Assembly (NCBI GenBank): GCA_040954595.2
Contig: CM082583.2
Coordinates: forward strand, 4,889,374-4,953,373
From: Balanoglossus misakiensis
Lineage: Eukaryota; Animalia; Hemichordata
DNA: 64,000 bases
Direction of reading: 5' to 3'
How positions within the stretch are numbered: the first letter of the stretch is position 1; each line of letters begins with the position of its first letter. The notes beneath the pieces were generated by a model. The model had not been told where the DNA came from, did no database searches, and saw only the letters and a program-made list of their open reading frames with translations. This document shows positions 43,201-56,087 of this stretch, in pieces. The position numbers and the translations under genes are program-made.

Positions 43201-46200
43201 TCACTGTTTTACGTTGTCCAGGTGGAGTGCAAGAAGGCTGAACCGCGAGACGCCCGGGCACCTCATCCAAACCAACAGCACGGACCTCCCATGTCCATGC
43301 AGGGCGGCCACGGCGGCTGGGGTCCGGGCATGGGGCGCGGCGGGCCACCACACGGTGGCTACAACCAGGGGGGTTGGCACGCGCCCCCACCCGGTAATTA
43401 CGGCCCACCGCCACAAGGTGAGCCATGAATTTCAAGTTTGTTTCGTTGGTCCTTAAAAAAGCAAGCCTTCATCGTAAAGCTGCCAGTTACATTGTACGTC
43501 AACACAGCACAACTGGTAAATTTTGCATTGCAGTTGACCTTTAACCCTATCACCTGCATGGTCTGGTCCAACTCCATTGTTCTCAATGGCAATGCTGGAC
43601 ATGTATACAGGGCAATGGGGGTGAAAGGGTTAAAATGTGCTCCTGCCCCCGGGGCTGTTTTCAGCAGAACTGAAATACATGCATCTGTTCATTGTTGTAA
43701 TTACAGGCAGTTGGCATCCCCCAACCCAAGCAATAGGTATGTCCTCTGTACCTTCCGGTGTTAGCATGTATGTAGATGGGATGTCGTCTTATCCATGCAT
43801 GCTTTGTCTCCTCCCTTAAACGCTTTTCCGTACAAAACACAGGTTCCATGTGGGTCCCACTTTATATGCACAACCTAGGGTAGGTTGACAAAATGCCTCT
43901 GATGTAATGGGGGTCACTCTTACGTCACTTTAAAAATCACTGTCATTTCGAATTGTGTGTACGTCACATAATTGGTAAGCTCCATGTGAAAACAGCATGC
44001 AGTGGTGCATGAGGCTTGTATTGTGACCGTCTGTGCATGTTGTAATCAAAAAATTGTAATATAGTCCATTCTGTATTTTACTTGTAGGTGGCTATGGCGG
44101 ACAGCAAGGCGGTTACGGATCACCCGGGGGTCGCAGCGGAGGTCACCCTCCTCCAGCTGGCACACCTGTTTCGTTCGGAGCCGGCTCCTACCCAAGCCCC
44201 CCGCCGGGTAGCTTCGGACCCCCTCCACCAGGCACTTACTCCGCCCAGCCCAGTGGGTACGGCCAACCACCCACCCCACAGCCTCAGCCAGCATATGGTG
44301 AGTGACATGCCCGAGAAAGCATAACAAAAATTAAAAGTCAAAACGTGTGCAAAAAAAAGAAATTAATAAGTCAAGACGTGTGAAGCTAACATAATTTAAA
44401 AAGGTACATCACACCAACTAACAACATCCATTTCTCAACTACATCGGTGACTGGGTACTTTCTAAAGGTGATCTTTTGACTTTCTCTCGTAGTTCTAACT
44501 GAAAACTTTAAAAAATTTGGGATCTTAAAAAACTCTCTAGGTACTTTTGTTTTAATGTTTTTCTTTTGCTCCGTAAGGTTTCTTTTAATTTCTGTTGTGC
44601 AGTTTTTGAAACTTAGTTTGATAATAATCACAGAGTAGTGTCTCTAGTGTAGGTGTAACTGAACTGTTTTGCACTGATTTTAGGAGAAAAGAACAAGGCC
44701 GGTGGTGGTTATTCCGAGAAAAACGAGCAAGGTAAACTTGCATTTAACATTTTGGTAATTCCTATCCTATAGGTGTGCTCTTGAGTTGACTTTTGTTTTC
44801 CTTTGCATTCTTTCCTTTATTTCGTTTGTTTGCATCTATTATTTCACGCTTTCCTTTTTTTTCAAGTGACCTCTGAATATACTTGACCTCTTCAGTTCAT
44901 TACACTGTTCAATTTTGATTTTGTATATTATATTTTAAGACAAATTAATAGCAATATGTTTTTTTGTTTGCCCCCTAAATAAAAAAAAAACATAGTCAAG
45001 AACATAGTTGCTTTTAGTTTCTTCGAAAAGGTAAACGTGTCAAATTTAATACGGTTAAAAAGGAAACGAAATTCACACAAACAGAACAGTGAACTAATCA
45101 GGAGAAGTATCCATTTCACAGTTCCAGTGTTATTACCCTGAATGTTACTCTTCTGTGCAGTCACATGTGAACCATCCAAAAATTTTCTGTTTTAACCACA
45201 ATGTGTGTGTGTTGTGTAAGGTGTGAGCGAGGTGGACCCACATGCACATAGTCGGTCTGAGTGTGTGCTCACCCCAGTTGAGTTGGATCCTCCACTTCAT
45301 CACAAATCCAGGGTATTTGATGTAAACACCACTTGTGTTATATTGGTCCAGATCAGTGTATTTGCAGTGATGTACATGCACCTGGCAGTACCCTATATAA
45401 TTTAAAAATACTTTGAGTCAATTTCAACAAATTTCTCTGAGTGTTGGTTAAACCCTCGTACATGTATTTGAATTATCATCTGTTTTGAATTGAAACGCTC
45501 ATATTCATTTGCTGTATAAGCATTACGATAGCGGTTGGAAGTGTCCATCCTTCGATTTCTTCTTGAACTTACAATAGACATAAATCTAATGTTAGCACAA
45601 ATGGACTTATAGAATACACCTACTAAAACTTAGAAGCATGTAGAGTTTTCTTGTTTTAACCCTTTGCATCTAACCTTGTGACCTATGACACCGTGCTTAT
45701 TTAATAGGTTCAAGGGGTCAATTGAATAAGGTGCAGACTGTAAAATTCAGTAATATTCTTTAATTTTCCCTGGTCAAATAATCAGTAATCACCATACAGA
45801 ACAAAAAATGAGCAACATGATAGTGTGTGTTTTTACTTGTGAGATTGGGTGTGTGAAATCTTAGATGTTGAACTCTCAGGGCAGTGCACCGTCTAAAAGA
45901 TGACGAAGGACCCCGCAGTTACTGATACTGCATAACCCATTCTGCCCTATGAAGGGCAGATGCAGTGTGTCAATTTCACCGTGAATATTGAATGTCAGAA
46001 GATGGGGTTCAGTGAAGTTGGTAGTGGTACACCAACAATGCGTTCAGATGATTTCGTTGAGAGCCAGATGTGCTGAAGGTTCTTGGTTGCACATTGGCAT
46101 TTGTATTGTTATGTTGATGATATCTGTGTTAACCCATTTTCTCCTGTGTTGTTTAATGTTACAGATGTGTGATGGTCATCTCGATAATACGTGTAGTTCT

Positions 46201-49200
46201 TATCATGGGAATTGGCCATTTTTAAATATGTGTACCATCATTTTCCCCAGTCGTGTCTGAAACGCTAGCTTTGCATTATATACCCAACATTTTCATCTAT
46301 GACATTGTGTGGCCCATGTACCCGCTTTGGCCACGTACATAAAATGTTAATATGGGGATCAGTTTGAATTTGCACTGTGGGGTTGATGATGAAGTCCAAA
46401 CACCATGCTTGCTGCATGTTGCTCTCTCGCAGTTCAATCAAAAGCTCTGATAACAGCCACTTGAGTTCGTCATGATCTCTCTCTTTAATCATCCCATCTA
46501 TAGGTGCCGCTCCCGCTTATGCCGGATACGCCGGTTACGCCACCACACAACAGCAAGGCGACCCGTACGCCAGCCAGACAGGCCAAGGTAGCTATAGCAG
46601 CCAACCGACTGCCGCCGGTAACTATGGCAATGCGCCGCCGAGCAAAGAGAGCAGTGCTGGCAGTGGCACTGGTAGTGATTACGGTGCTAATTATGGTGGT
46701 GGGCAATATGGTGAGAGGGCATTTGTTTCCTCTTCTCTTTTTTTGGCTCTTGTTACACATTTTTAATTTCTGCGAGGAATTTTCTGAATCTTTTGTGTGT
46801 GATGGTTTGACCCTTCACTCGTTCTGTCTTTGAGGTTTTCTGACTAGTCAAATGCAACTCGACAAGAATACTCATGAGAGCAAAACGGATTTAGCTTGAT
46901 ACAGCGTCATTAGCTGTAGCTTCTGACAATATTTTCCCACCATTTTTGTTCCGTTTATCTAGTATCATTTAACAAATCTCTACAAACCTAAAAATAAAAC
47001 AAGAACACTCTGAAAAATATTCCTTGCAAAGTTGATAAAAGGGTTAATTACCGTTACTGACAAATTAGCTGACTTGATATGCATACTTGTGTGACCATGA
47101 ACCAAAACTCAGAGTCAGTGCTTACTTGTGTTATGTGTTTCTTTGCATGGCCGTATTATGTATGTAAGCTCGTGTGTTAAATTACTGCATGTGGTAATGT
47201 TATCTGTGTCGTCCACTCCCCTATATAACGCACCCTGCCCCAATCGTACTTCTCAGGTTTTACGCCAATAACCAATCTTTGGCTTTTGGGGTGATAAGGT
47301 ACACCACATTACAAGAAACTTTCCCTCTGTCTGATTTTCTTTACTAAATTTCCCTTTCTCTTCCACATCTACCCTTCTTTGTAAATTGCCATCTGATAAT
47401 GAACACCGTTTGGAATTCATCTATACCCCATGGACGATAACACGTTGTCAATCTTAACACTTTGCTGTATTTTTTCGCCCTTTCATCTTTTGTTTTGGCT
47501 ATCAGAAGTGTACAATGGTATCCCTTCAGAGAATTCAGGTAAACATCTTTTATATGGCGTTTAACTCACGTCACTCACTTCCTTTCTTTCTCCCATTCCT
47601 TAAAACATCACCACATTTTCAAGTCGTATGTAATCCTGTAATCGTATAATTTAAGAATTGGCGTTTATGGTTTGGTATAAGAGAGGTTTAGAATTCATTT
47701 GCCCTTGTGTTGCTGTGCTGCTACACCAATGGCAGTTCTAGTGTCTAACAGGGCATACATCAAATCTCTCCGGCTCACATGTTTTTAAAAATCTAGTCTA
47801 TCGGTGATTAGATGAAGTGCGTTGCAGAGGACACTTGTGCTTTAAGCAGAGAATGTTAAATTCAACAGTTCTTATTCTGCCTCGTTGGTCACTTTGAAGT
47901 GGTTCAGGTTGGTTAGAGACGACTAAAACGATGAATATTCTGAAGCCACTTGTGTTGCAGTGTCACTCAGTACAGCTTTGTTTTGAATCGTGGTGTCCGT
48001 ATGAGCTTCAAGTCGTTCTGTGTGTCTCTGTCCACTTTTACTCTGAACTTTGGTTTCACATGGTATGCGACTGTACTTCAAAAGCCAGTGCAATTCAGGA
48101 AATTCTCATGCATCATTCTGGCCATACACACACGCACACACACACACAGACAGAGACTACAACAATGTATGAGGAAATGTACCTGTCTTTTATTTTCTGA
48201 GCTTGATTTTGTGGCAATTGGTCATATATAATGCCAGTGTTGACAACCTTTGCAATATTGCTTGCAATATACTAGAAACAAAAAAGCAGTCAGATAATAC
48301 AGAATCATGGTTATGTCGTGCAGTTTTGGATCCTCCTTCAACTCAAAAACCGCTTACCTCTCTTTTGCCAACCTGCAGGTACAATGGGTCAGAGTTATGC
48401 GCAGGAAGCTTCTGGATATGGCCCGACACGTGTGTCATTCAATGGTTACTCAGCTACTCATGCCGTGCCACAGCAAGGTAAAAGAGAAGGGTTTCTCTCG
48501 TGAAATGGCTTTGTGTGTGCGGCTTTTTCCTTTGCATGCACCTGTGACGTAATCTGCAAGTTGTTAAAGGGACAAAGTCTCTCTCTCTCGCTGCCCTTTT
48601 TCCATGAATTATATTTGCTACAAGACACCATTTATATTATTCTACATGTGGATATATAGTGAATCAACGTTCAACCACACACATATTCCATCCAACTTTA
48701 ATAGACACGAGAAAGAAAAACTTGCCAAAATGAATAATCGGTGTTTACCATTTATTCATCTTGGCGGGATTTTTACTCTCATATCCTACAAACGGGATGG
48801 AAGTTGTGTGTGGTTGAATGTTGATTCTCTATATATCCACATGTAGAATAACATGAACGGTGTCTTGTATCAAACATGATTAATGGAAAAAGGGCAGCGA
48901 GAGAGAGAGACTTTGTCCCTTTAAGTAAAAATGTGTGCGTGTGCTTGGCTTGCATCTGCATGTAAATACATCGCAAATACTCTCCATCTGTACTTTGCTG
49001 TCCTTGGTATTTTTAATGTGAAAGATCATTTTAAATTTGTTAAAGTACATTTGTGTTACTTACAATTTCTATTAATTTTGCATTGACTTACATAAAATTT
49101 CATATCCCAGAGTTAAATAAGAACCACTTCATGGCATGCCCTTTTTTTCAAGTCACTGTCAATTTTGTTGTCTATGCAAAATGAGATAATGTCATGGGAT

Positions 49201-50576
49201 TGATTATTCATGAATTTCTAGTCGTAAAGAGTATGATGAATATTTTAGATACTTGTTTACTGGAAAAAAAATTCTTGAAGGTATCATATCTGCATTTTTT
49301 ACCCACAAGTTTCCTGTGTGTTTTGTGCTCCACAAATAATTAGTGTCCTTCATTTGACGATACAAGATCAAAAATCATCATTTTTGTGTATCAGATGTTT
49401 GTGATGCATGTTGACAAAATGAGACTTATGACAGAAACACCCAGCATGTCTCACATGAAACATTTCGCCTACTGAAGTAATAGAACACCAGCTTCATCCC
49501 ACCTGACATCCACTGATCCTTGCGAACAGACAAAAAAAGAGATTTCAGATTCTGTGTTCTGCCTGAGTCAGTTTTTTACCAGTAACTTTACTAGTGACTG
49601 CTAAGTTTTCTTTTAATTAAAAACTGTCAGTTATTGTGACTTGTTGGATTTTTTGAGCAAATACTGCAAAAGACAACTATTACTACTAAATCAGAATTTT
49701 CTTCCTTTCTCCGCTGTGTATACTTTGTGTTCAGCGTTTTTGACACTTTCTTCAGAGGTAACATATTTTTGAAGAATTCTTCCTTTTCATGCTGACTTTG
49801 CAATGAAGGCAAGGACTGGTGCTTTATTTATCCCTAATTGCAACCCTTATTGATAATAATAACACGAAAATGGTTCAGAAAAAAAACTTGCCGAGTTTTG
49901 ACTTGAGATCACACAGGCAACATTCATAGTCCTCGAGCTTACTACTTGCAAGAAAATTAATGAACTTTGCAGTCTGTGGAATTACTGGAAATAGGGTGAC
50001 ACAGTTGTAAGAACAGATGCGGCTTTTTGCTGTCAGCCGACTAATGCATGAAGTGTGTGATTATTCTTGTAGCCAGTTTCCTTGTACTTCTGTATATACC
50101 TCTTTCCACCTGCTTTATCTGGTAAATGTTTGCTCAAACTGGCCTGAAGTCTGGTTGCTTTAAAAAAAAATATATCAAAACACAAGCCCAGATATGTGGC
50201 ATTTACACATAAGAGTGCATTTTCATTTTAAACCACAAAAGAGAACAGACAAAATGGCCGACAGTTATCAATTTTGCATCTTTGTGTGCTGTAGAACCGT
50301 CATGTCCACCGACTTATTCCCGTTGTGTTCTCTTCTCCTCTGTGCTTTGTCATTCCAGGTGGTAGCTATGGGGATTCCGGCAGTTACGGGGCGGGAACAG
50401 CCCAGCAGGCCTACCCAGCTCAGAGCGACACACCACAGCCCACACCAGCCCCAGCTCCAGCTGCTGCAGCAGCCGCCGCAGGGAGTCCCTATGGTCCCGG
50501 CTTTGAACAGCGTGGCGCCATACCGGCCGCTAATCATATGAGTGCGGCGCAACCCTTCCATCCCTATAGACGATAA
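37219..50576 (+). CDS. DAZAP1: DAZ-associated protein 1 / hnRNP 27C-like RNA-binding protein (2 RRMs + G/P/Y/Q-rich tail)
   Basis: Exons 37219-37241, 38156-38363, 39135-39290, 39750-39798, 41129-41211, 43222-43417, 43707-43736, 44088-44297, 46504-46710, 48379-48477, 50359-50576, all GT-AG and in phase. RNP2/RNP1 [53 protein letters not shown], and the DAZAP1-diagnostic C-terminus FHPYRR*. Confidence 0.95.
43545..43629. mobile_element. piggyBac-like mini-MITE family B copy 4
   Basis: TTAA-CCCTATCACC...GGTGAAAGGG-TTAA, 85 bp. Confidence 0.75.
44684..44731 (+). CDS. DAZAP1: Candidate 48-nt DAZAP1 cassette exon ([16 protein letters not shown])
   Basis: ttttgcactgattttag acceptor, AAG|GTAAAC donor, phase 1-1, purine-rich, open in the DAZAP1 frame. 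Confidence 0.55.
46382..46454 (+). ncRNA. Candidate intronic box C/D snoRNA
   Basis: ATGATGA (46386-46392) ... CTGA (46447-46450) with short GTTG/TAAC terminal stem, about 50 nt upstream of a DAZAP1 3' splice site; no guide target recognised. Confidence 0.3.
47506..47538 (+). CDS. DAZAP1: Candidate 33-nt DAZAP1 microexon ([11 protein letters not shown])
   Basis: Long U/C tract + CAG acceptor, CAG|GTAAAC donor, phase 1-1, in frame. Confidence 0.55.
48568..48920. mobile_element. Palindromic Kolobok/T2-like MITE, family A copy 3
   Basis: TTAA TSD, perfect AGGGACAAAGTCTCTCTCTCTCGCTGCCCTTTTTCCAT TIR; lies 90 nt downstream of DAZAP1 exon 48379-48477. Confidence 0.9.
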
Positions 50577-53500
50577 AAGAACGTGTCAAGTGGAAGAGGC
50601 AGTTCCCCCCTCCACATCACACTCGGAAAAAAACAACACTATTTTTCTGCCTGCCAAATTTGACTGTATTTTTACGTCCCTATATACTACTAGCTTGTAG
50701 CGGGGTACAATCAATTTATAGCCACGCAGTTCGAATTTTCTGGTAGACACTGGCAGACAAGATCTCTATTATGTTGCCAAACCCTTTTACCTTAGCAGGC
50801 AGAGTATTGTTTTGTGACAAGCAGACATGCTTTACTGATATCTTTAACCCCCCCCCCCCCTCCAACCCACACTTCTCCCCATTCCAGTCTAATAGACCCA
50901 ACACTCTGCAGCAGAAAGTAGAGTGAACAGAAAAAAAATATGACTTTATAGGGATGAAAGGGGACTTTGTTGCCAAAAGTACTCTAACATATGATATATA
51001 TACTCAATGTTTGTGGGAAACCTTCCCTTTTTGCTGTGTTTATATACGTGTACCAGACATGTGCAGGTTTCATTGCTCCTCCATTGCATCATTTTTCGCT
51101 GACAATCACAGATGACACAAATATGTAATTTGCCAAGTACTTTTACAAAAGTATTTCAGAGCGCTATCCATTGTTGCACTGCTTTCATTTTGGGATCGCT
51201 TTTGGGGTGACTGAAATTTGAATTGTCTTGCGTTTCAGTTTTTGTGTATATCAAGTGTTTTTCAAAGACCCGTCATTGATCTTTGCAAATCAGCAGCCCC
51301 CCCCCCCCCCCATGTCGTCGTGTTAATTTGAATCCAGTAGTTTGTCATAGTGAAAAACTCAACTTGTTTGTGCAGATATTGAGTTGAGGGGAAGGTGAAA
51401 TGTCTCGCAACACCTCCGCCAGCGTCAGTGACAAGCATGAAAACACATTCCATGTAGAGCAGCTTATCTTTTTGAAAATGTTCAGTTACACCGAGGCTAT
51501 AAACTGTTGTCACGGTAACAGCGTGAAAGTAGACTAGTTTTTGTGTGTGTAAAAAGCGTCTTCGTGCAGTGTTTAATGATGAATTGTGTGCCGATCACTT
51601 TTTTGTCTGGTTTTAAAGCAAAATTGTGTCAACTTTCGAGACTTGCTGAAAAGGTAGTGTTTTGTTGTACGCCACGAATGAAGCAGTGTTTTGCAGACAG
51701 TTGTCACAATAAACTCAGACTTGGTAAAATTACAAAGAATCCGTTTTGACCACAGCAGTGTGTTTTGTAGAAGGATCTGCCCCAAAATTCAGCTTCCTGT
51801 GGAAAAAAATTGAAAGATTTAGCAACTTATGATTTGATTCTCGATACTTGAAAAGAATGGTCAGCTTCAGGAGAATTTTTTTTGCAGCTTGACCAGCAAG
51901 GTTCATCAGTAACCCAAGTCAGCTATCCATGCAGGATGTAAAAAAATGGGACACAAAATCAAGGTCCTGATCAAAATCTGTCAAAGCACACTAGCTGTAC
52001 GTTATTAACAAAATATCACTCTCAGTCATATGAATCTATTTTTCATTGATTTGTTAAAGCGACGAAGAATTTAATATTTTTTGTCACTGATTTTGTTTAC
52101 AAATATTCCACAAAGTGCATTGCAAACCGAACTCATGTCAGGAATTAGCACAGTGTACATAAAACACATTTAGCACCGGCGCTCATAGATTTTATTTTTA
52201 GTGTAGCAGTGTTTTTTTAAATGAACGATAGCATGTAGAATCTGATCCAGAGATTTATTTTATGAAAAACCCACAAATAGACATGATATTCTGTAGCATT
52301 GCCTTCAAAACCTTAGAAACAGTAGAGGTAGTAATTTTCCGGGCATCTTCCTTCCCATATAAAGCAGACTTTGGGATCTGAGGAAGTCACCACAGATTGG
52401 AAGATTGTTTCCTGTGCTTTTTTAGCATAGCTGTGTTCATCAACATGCTTTATGTATATTACATGGTGTTTTGGAAATGGAACAGTCATGATCATGCATT
52501 TTTTTAATTCCTTAAAAAACATGTTTTCGATTTTAAAAGGCGTGTATATTTCGTCAGTTCTTGAGAAAAAATTATGGGTTGCAAAGTTTCGTGTGTAGAG
52601 AATTCAGTGAACTCAATTCAGGAATGTAAATCGAGCAGCAAAGATGACTTGACATTTGGTGTTTTCTCGTACTCAGTGTGTGTCATTCATGGACTGGCTT
52701 CACTAAGTTCGTTTTACTTGAACCGTACACTGGCAGTGCATTCACTGAAGCGACAACATGCTGCACTGTCAGCATTAAAGGGTACCCTGTCAGACAGTCT
52801 GTTTTCTTCATCATGGGTACACTTATCAGCCATCCTATGCTTGCCCCACTACGTGAAGTGTCAGTTCAGATATGTTGAGACATATAGCAGTTTTATCATT
52901 GCACTGAGAGATTTTCTCACAAAGCTACCAGTTGAGGTAAAAAAAAGATCAAGCAAAGTCAAGGTCAATTTTGTCCAGCTTGGCTTTATGTTTTCATAAA
53001 CTTCAAATTGGCTTTCATCATTTTTCACCCGTTGCTTTTTTGAGTCATTTCTATGTACTAGTAGTTTTATCTGTGTTGTACACTTTCTGTAAAGCCTGCA
53101 CACTGAGCTGTTATATTTTTGGTTTCAGTTCAGAGAATAATTTTTACATTCAACTTCACCGATACATGTAAAAAAAAGCTTACAGCTAGTTTGGGTTTTA
53201 ACTTGTACAGGCCAATAAGCATAATGTATAGATTCTGTTTTTGGCTGTCTTGTACATTATTATTGCACCTCTAAAAATCTGTACAATTCTGTAAATAACA
53301 ACATATTCCAGCAATACCTGGCAAAGAGCAAGTTTACATTCATTACATCGTTCTCTCAGCATGTTGTTAGCAACAGTTTTTTTCATTTGCTTTGTTTCAT
53401 GAAATTTGAATCTTTCCTCTCTTTGGCTCGCTCTCTCGGGAATTAACGACTGAGGATTTGAGATGCGGGTCATTCTCATATGAATTATGTAAAGTGAAGA

Positions 53501-53610
53501 GTCTGTATATAAAAATTCTGACACTATCTGTTACAAGACGTATTGTTTTCTGTTACAGTTTTCTGTTTGACAAAGGGGAATATAATAAATTTCTTTTTCA
53601 TAAAAAAAGT
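50577..53610 (+). other. DAZAP1: Probable long 3' UTR of DAZAP1
   Basis: U-rich non-coding stretch after the stop; AATAAA at 51708 and 53584, the latter followed by GT-rich sequence just before the SNX promoter. Confidence 0.5.
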
Positions 53611-54034
53611 TTTTGGTTGTTGATGTTGTGAATTGGATGTGGTCTGGTTGAAAATTAATGTGATTCAGGGCTGTCCGGGCATTGTGTGTGTCTGCTGTGC
53701 TTGCTTTCATTTTATGCTTTATGTCTTTATTCAAACAAAGGCACATGTTTACTTTAAAGCTATATTGATATTTACCTCATGTATGTATTCGTAAACAAAC
53801 CAAACAGTGATCGGGACACGGAGAAGGAAGAAAGGAACTGACACTGAGGGCGCTGTACCCTATAGTAAAAATGGCTTCCTTGTGTGAATGACAGTCTTCG
53901 TGTCCAGCAGCAGTATCCAGTGCTTGCTACCCGGATCTCCGTCCATGTCAAACCACACGACACGCTGAAAACGATAATAAGAGTCTGCCCTGTGAGTCAG
54001 CGTTTAATTTGAAAGGACAGTACTGTCCACGGCC

Positions 54035-56087
54035 ATGATTAAGGTGTCGATACCTAGCTTTAGACAGGTTGTAGTGGAAGATGAGAGACCTTACACGGTG
54101 AGTTGCTTTCAATAGACTACAGTAGTAGTAACACAACATTACTGTCGTCAACAGGATAACTCGGGGGGGGGGGGGGGGATATGTGGGTATTAATGTTGTG
54201 TTGCCCTTCGTTCTCTGATACCTTTGTGTCCACAATGAAATGATGCCATTTAGAGTCGTTTTTGAACCCTAAACCCGGAGTTCGGCTTCAGTAACAATAC
54301 ATATACAACGGGCCAATACATATATTGGCTTTTTTCCTGCGGTGAGCATAGGTCATGAACAAACCCAAGGCCATTATCATAATCAACAGATGTAAGACCC
54401 TCCCCAGCTAGAAAACCTGACAGCTTGTGTAATCATAGACTGTCTATAGTTTATTAATATAGTGCACGTGACTATATCAATGACCTGATTATTAAAAGTT
54501 GTCACACCAGTGTAATATCAGTAACAGAGTTCAGCTATATAAGCCTTATGACTGAATTTACATTATATAAACGCCAAATCTGGGAATTCTATAAATAAAT
54601 GCAGAGTTTCAATTTGTTCGAAGGAACTCTATTAATTGTTATATATTAAGTTTAATACTTTGTTTTTTGTTCAGACATACAAGACAGTCATAACGATCTC
54701 AGGACGAACTCACTCTGTGGAGAAAAGATACAGTGAATACCATGGACTACACAAACAGGTAGAATTGTGAAACCTTTTGAACTTTGAACTCTTGAAATGT
54801 GGGATTGAAATAAGGAATTGAATTTGACATGTTAGTTATGAAATTCTTATGGGACACATCTTTAGAAACAAATTTTAGTCAATGCCATTTGTAATTTTTC
54901 CATTTGTGCAGTGTTTTACCTTGTCTAGTTACAAAATTCAAAATTCAATAACCAAATACTATTCTTCTCTTCTGTAGCTCAAGAAAACAATGCAAACACC
55001 AGAATTTCCCCCAAAGAGAGTCAGAAACTGGGGTTCCAAAGTACTTGAACAAAGGAGACAGGGTTTAGAAATATATTTACAGGTTTGTCAAAATTATTCT
55101 TTTTCCCACAGAGATTTTATTTTATATTTCTGTAAGCTGTGACAATAATGAAATTATTTTATCATGGCACTGATGGATCTGAAAGTTTTTGATATCACAC
55201 CTGAAAGCTGTATAAAATAAATTATGTAACTATACAGTATTCTGTAACGTGAATCAGTTTTTTCATGTATTTTTTTTATCTGCTACAGAGTCTAATGGAA
55301 CAAGACATTCTACCTAAGTCGTTGCTATCTTTTCTGCAAATCAGCAATCTCCCATCCAGATCACTCAGTTATGAGTAAGTAAAACAGTGTCTCTGTGATC
55401 AGTTTCTTGTATACACTTTCCCCAAAAACATTTCATTTTAGGCTTCTCACAGCAAATGGCCGTCCAACTTGTATACAATGTACAGTAAATCCAGTTACAC
55501 CAGTCAGATTTCCAGAAAAAAATACCTTCTTAAAAATCAGTTTGTTGTGTTCAAAGGTTGTGAGGAATAATTTTTAAGATAAACAGACAATCACTGCCTT
55601 CCATAACCATCTCCTCAAATTGATTTTGAGAAAAATATAATAAAAATCTGAGTTCTCACATAAATCGAGCATGTCAAGAAAATAAGTCTTTGCTTTGTTT
55701 CAGTTCTTTAAATGACCTTGATGGAGAAATAGGGTAAGTACGTTCAGTATATGAAGTTTTCTGGCAATTTTGTACATGGCCTGTGTGTTGCAAGCTAACA
55801 TTAAGAAATGGGTGAACAATGAAACTGACACGAAATACAAACACTTATCAGATTAACTTGTGATTTGTGCCACCTTGTCATGAAAATTTGAAATGAATTA
55901 TTTGCAGCGATTGAAAGACGTTGACTTTGTGACCCATTTTTTCGACAGAGCCACCCACCAGCCAATGCTGACCTATGAAGAGGATCCCTATCTGACGACC
56001 AGTACTGAAGACAGCTTGCCAGACATTATATCCGAAGGAGTCAAACAAGGCCTCTACCATGATAGCACGGAGGCGAACTCACACTGA
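54035..56087 (+). CDS. SNX24: Sorting nexin 24/22-like PX-domain protein
   Basis: Exons 54035-54097 (MIKVSIPSFRQ...RPYT), 54675-54758 (SGRTHSVEKRYSEYHGLHKQ), 54978-55082 (LKKTMQTPEFPPKRVRNWGSKVLEQRRQGLEIYLQ), 55289-55374, 55704-55733, 55949-56087 (ATHQPMLTYEEDPY...LPDIISEGVKQGLY). Matches the recalled SNX24/SNX22 motifs and the phases chain correctly; probably a co-ortholog of both. Confidence 0.92.

Noticed and set aside
45221-45405. In-frame alternative DAZAP1 exon ([10 protein letters not shown]...)
   Set aside because: Open in the right frame but weak AAG acceptor, no good phase-1 donor and atypical composition.
45880-46090. Hairpins (CTGCCCT-ATGA-AGGGCAG) as H/ACA RNA or SECIS
   Set aside because: No consistent H and ACA box layout found; intronic, and no selenoprotein nearby.
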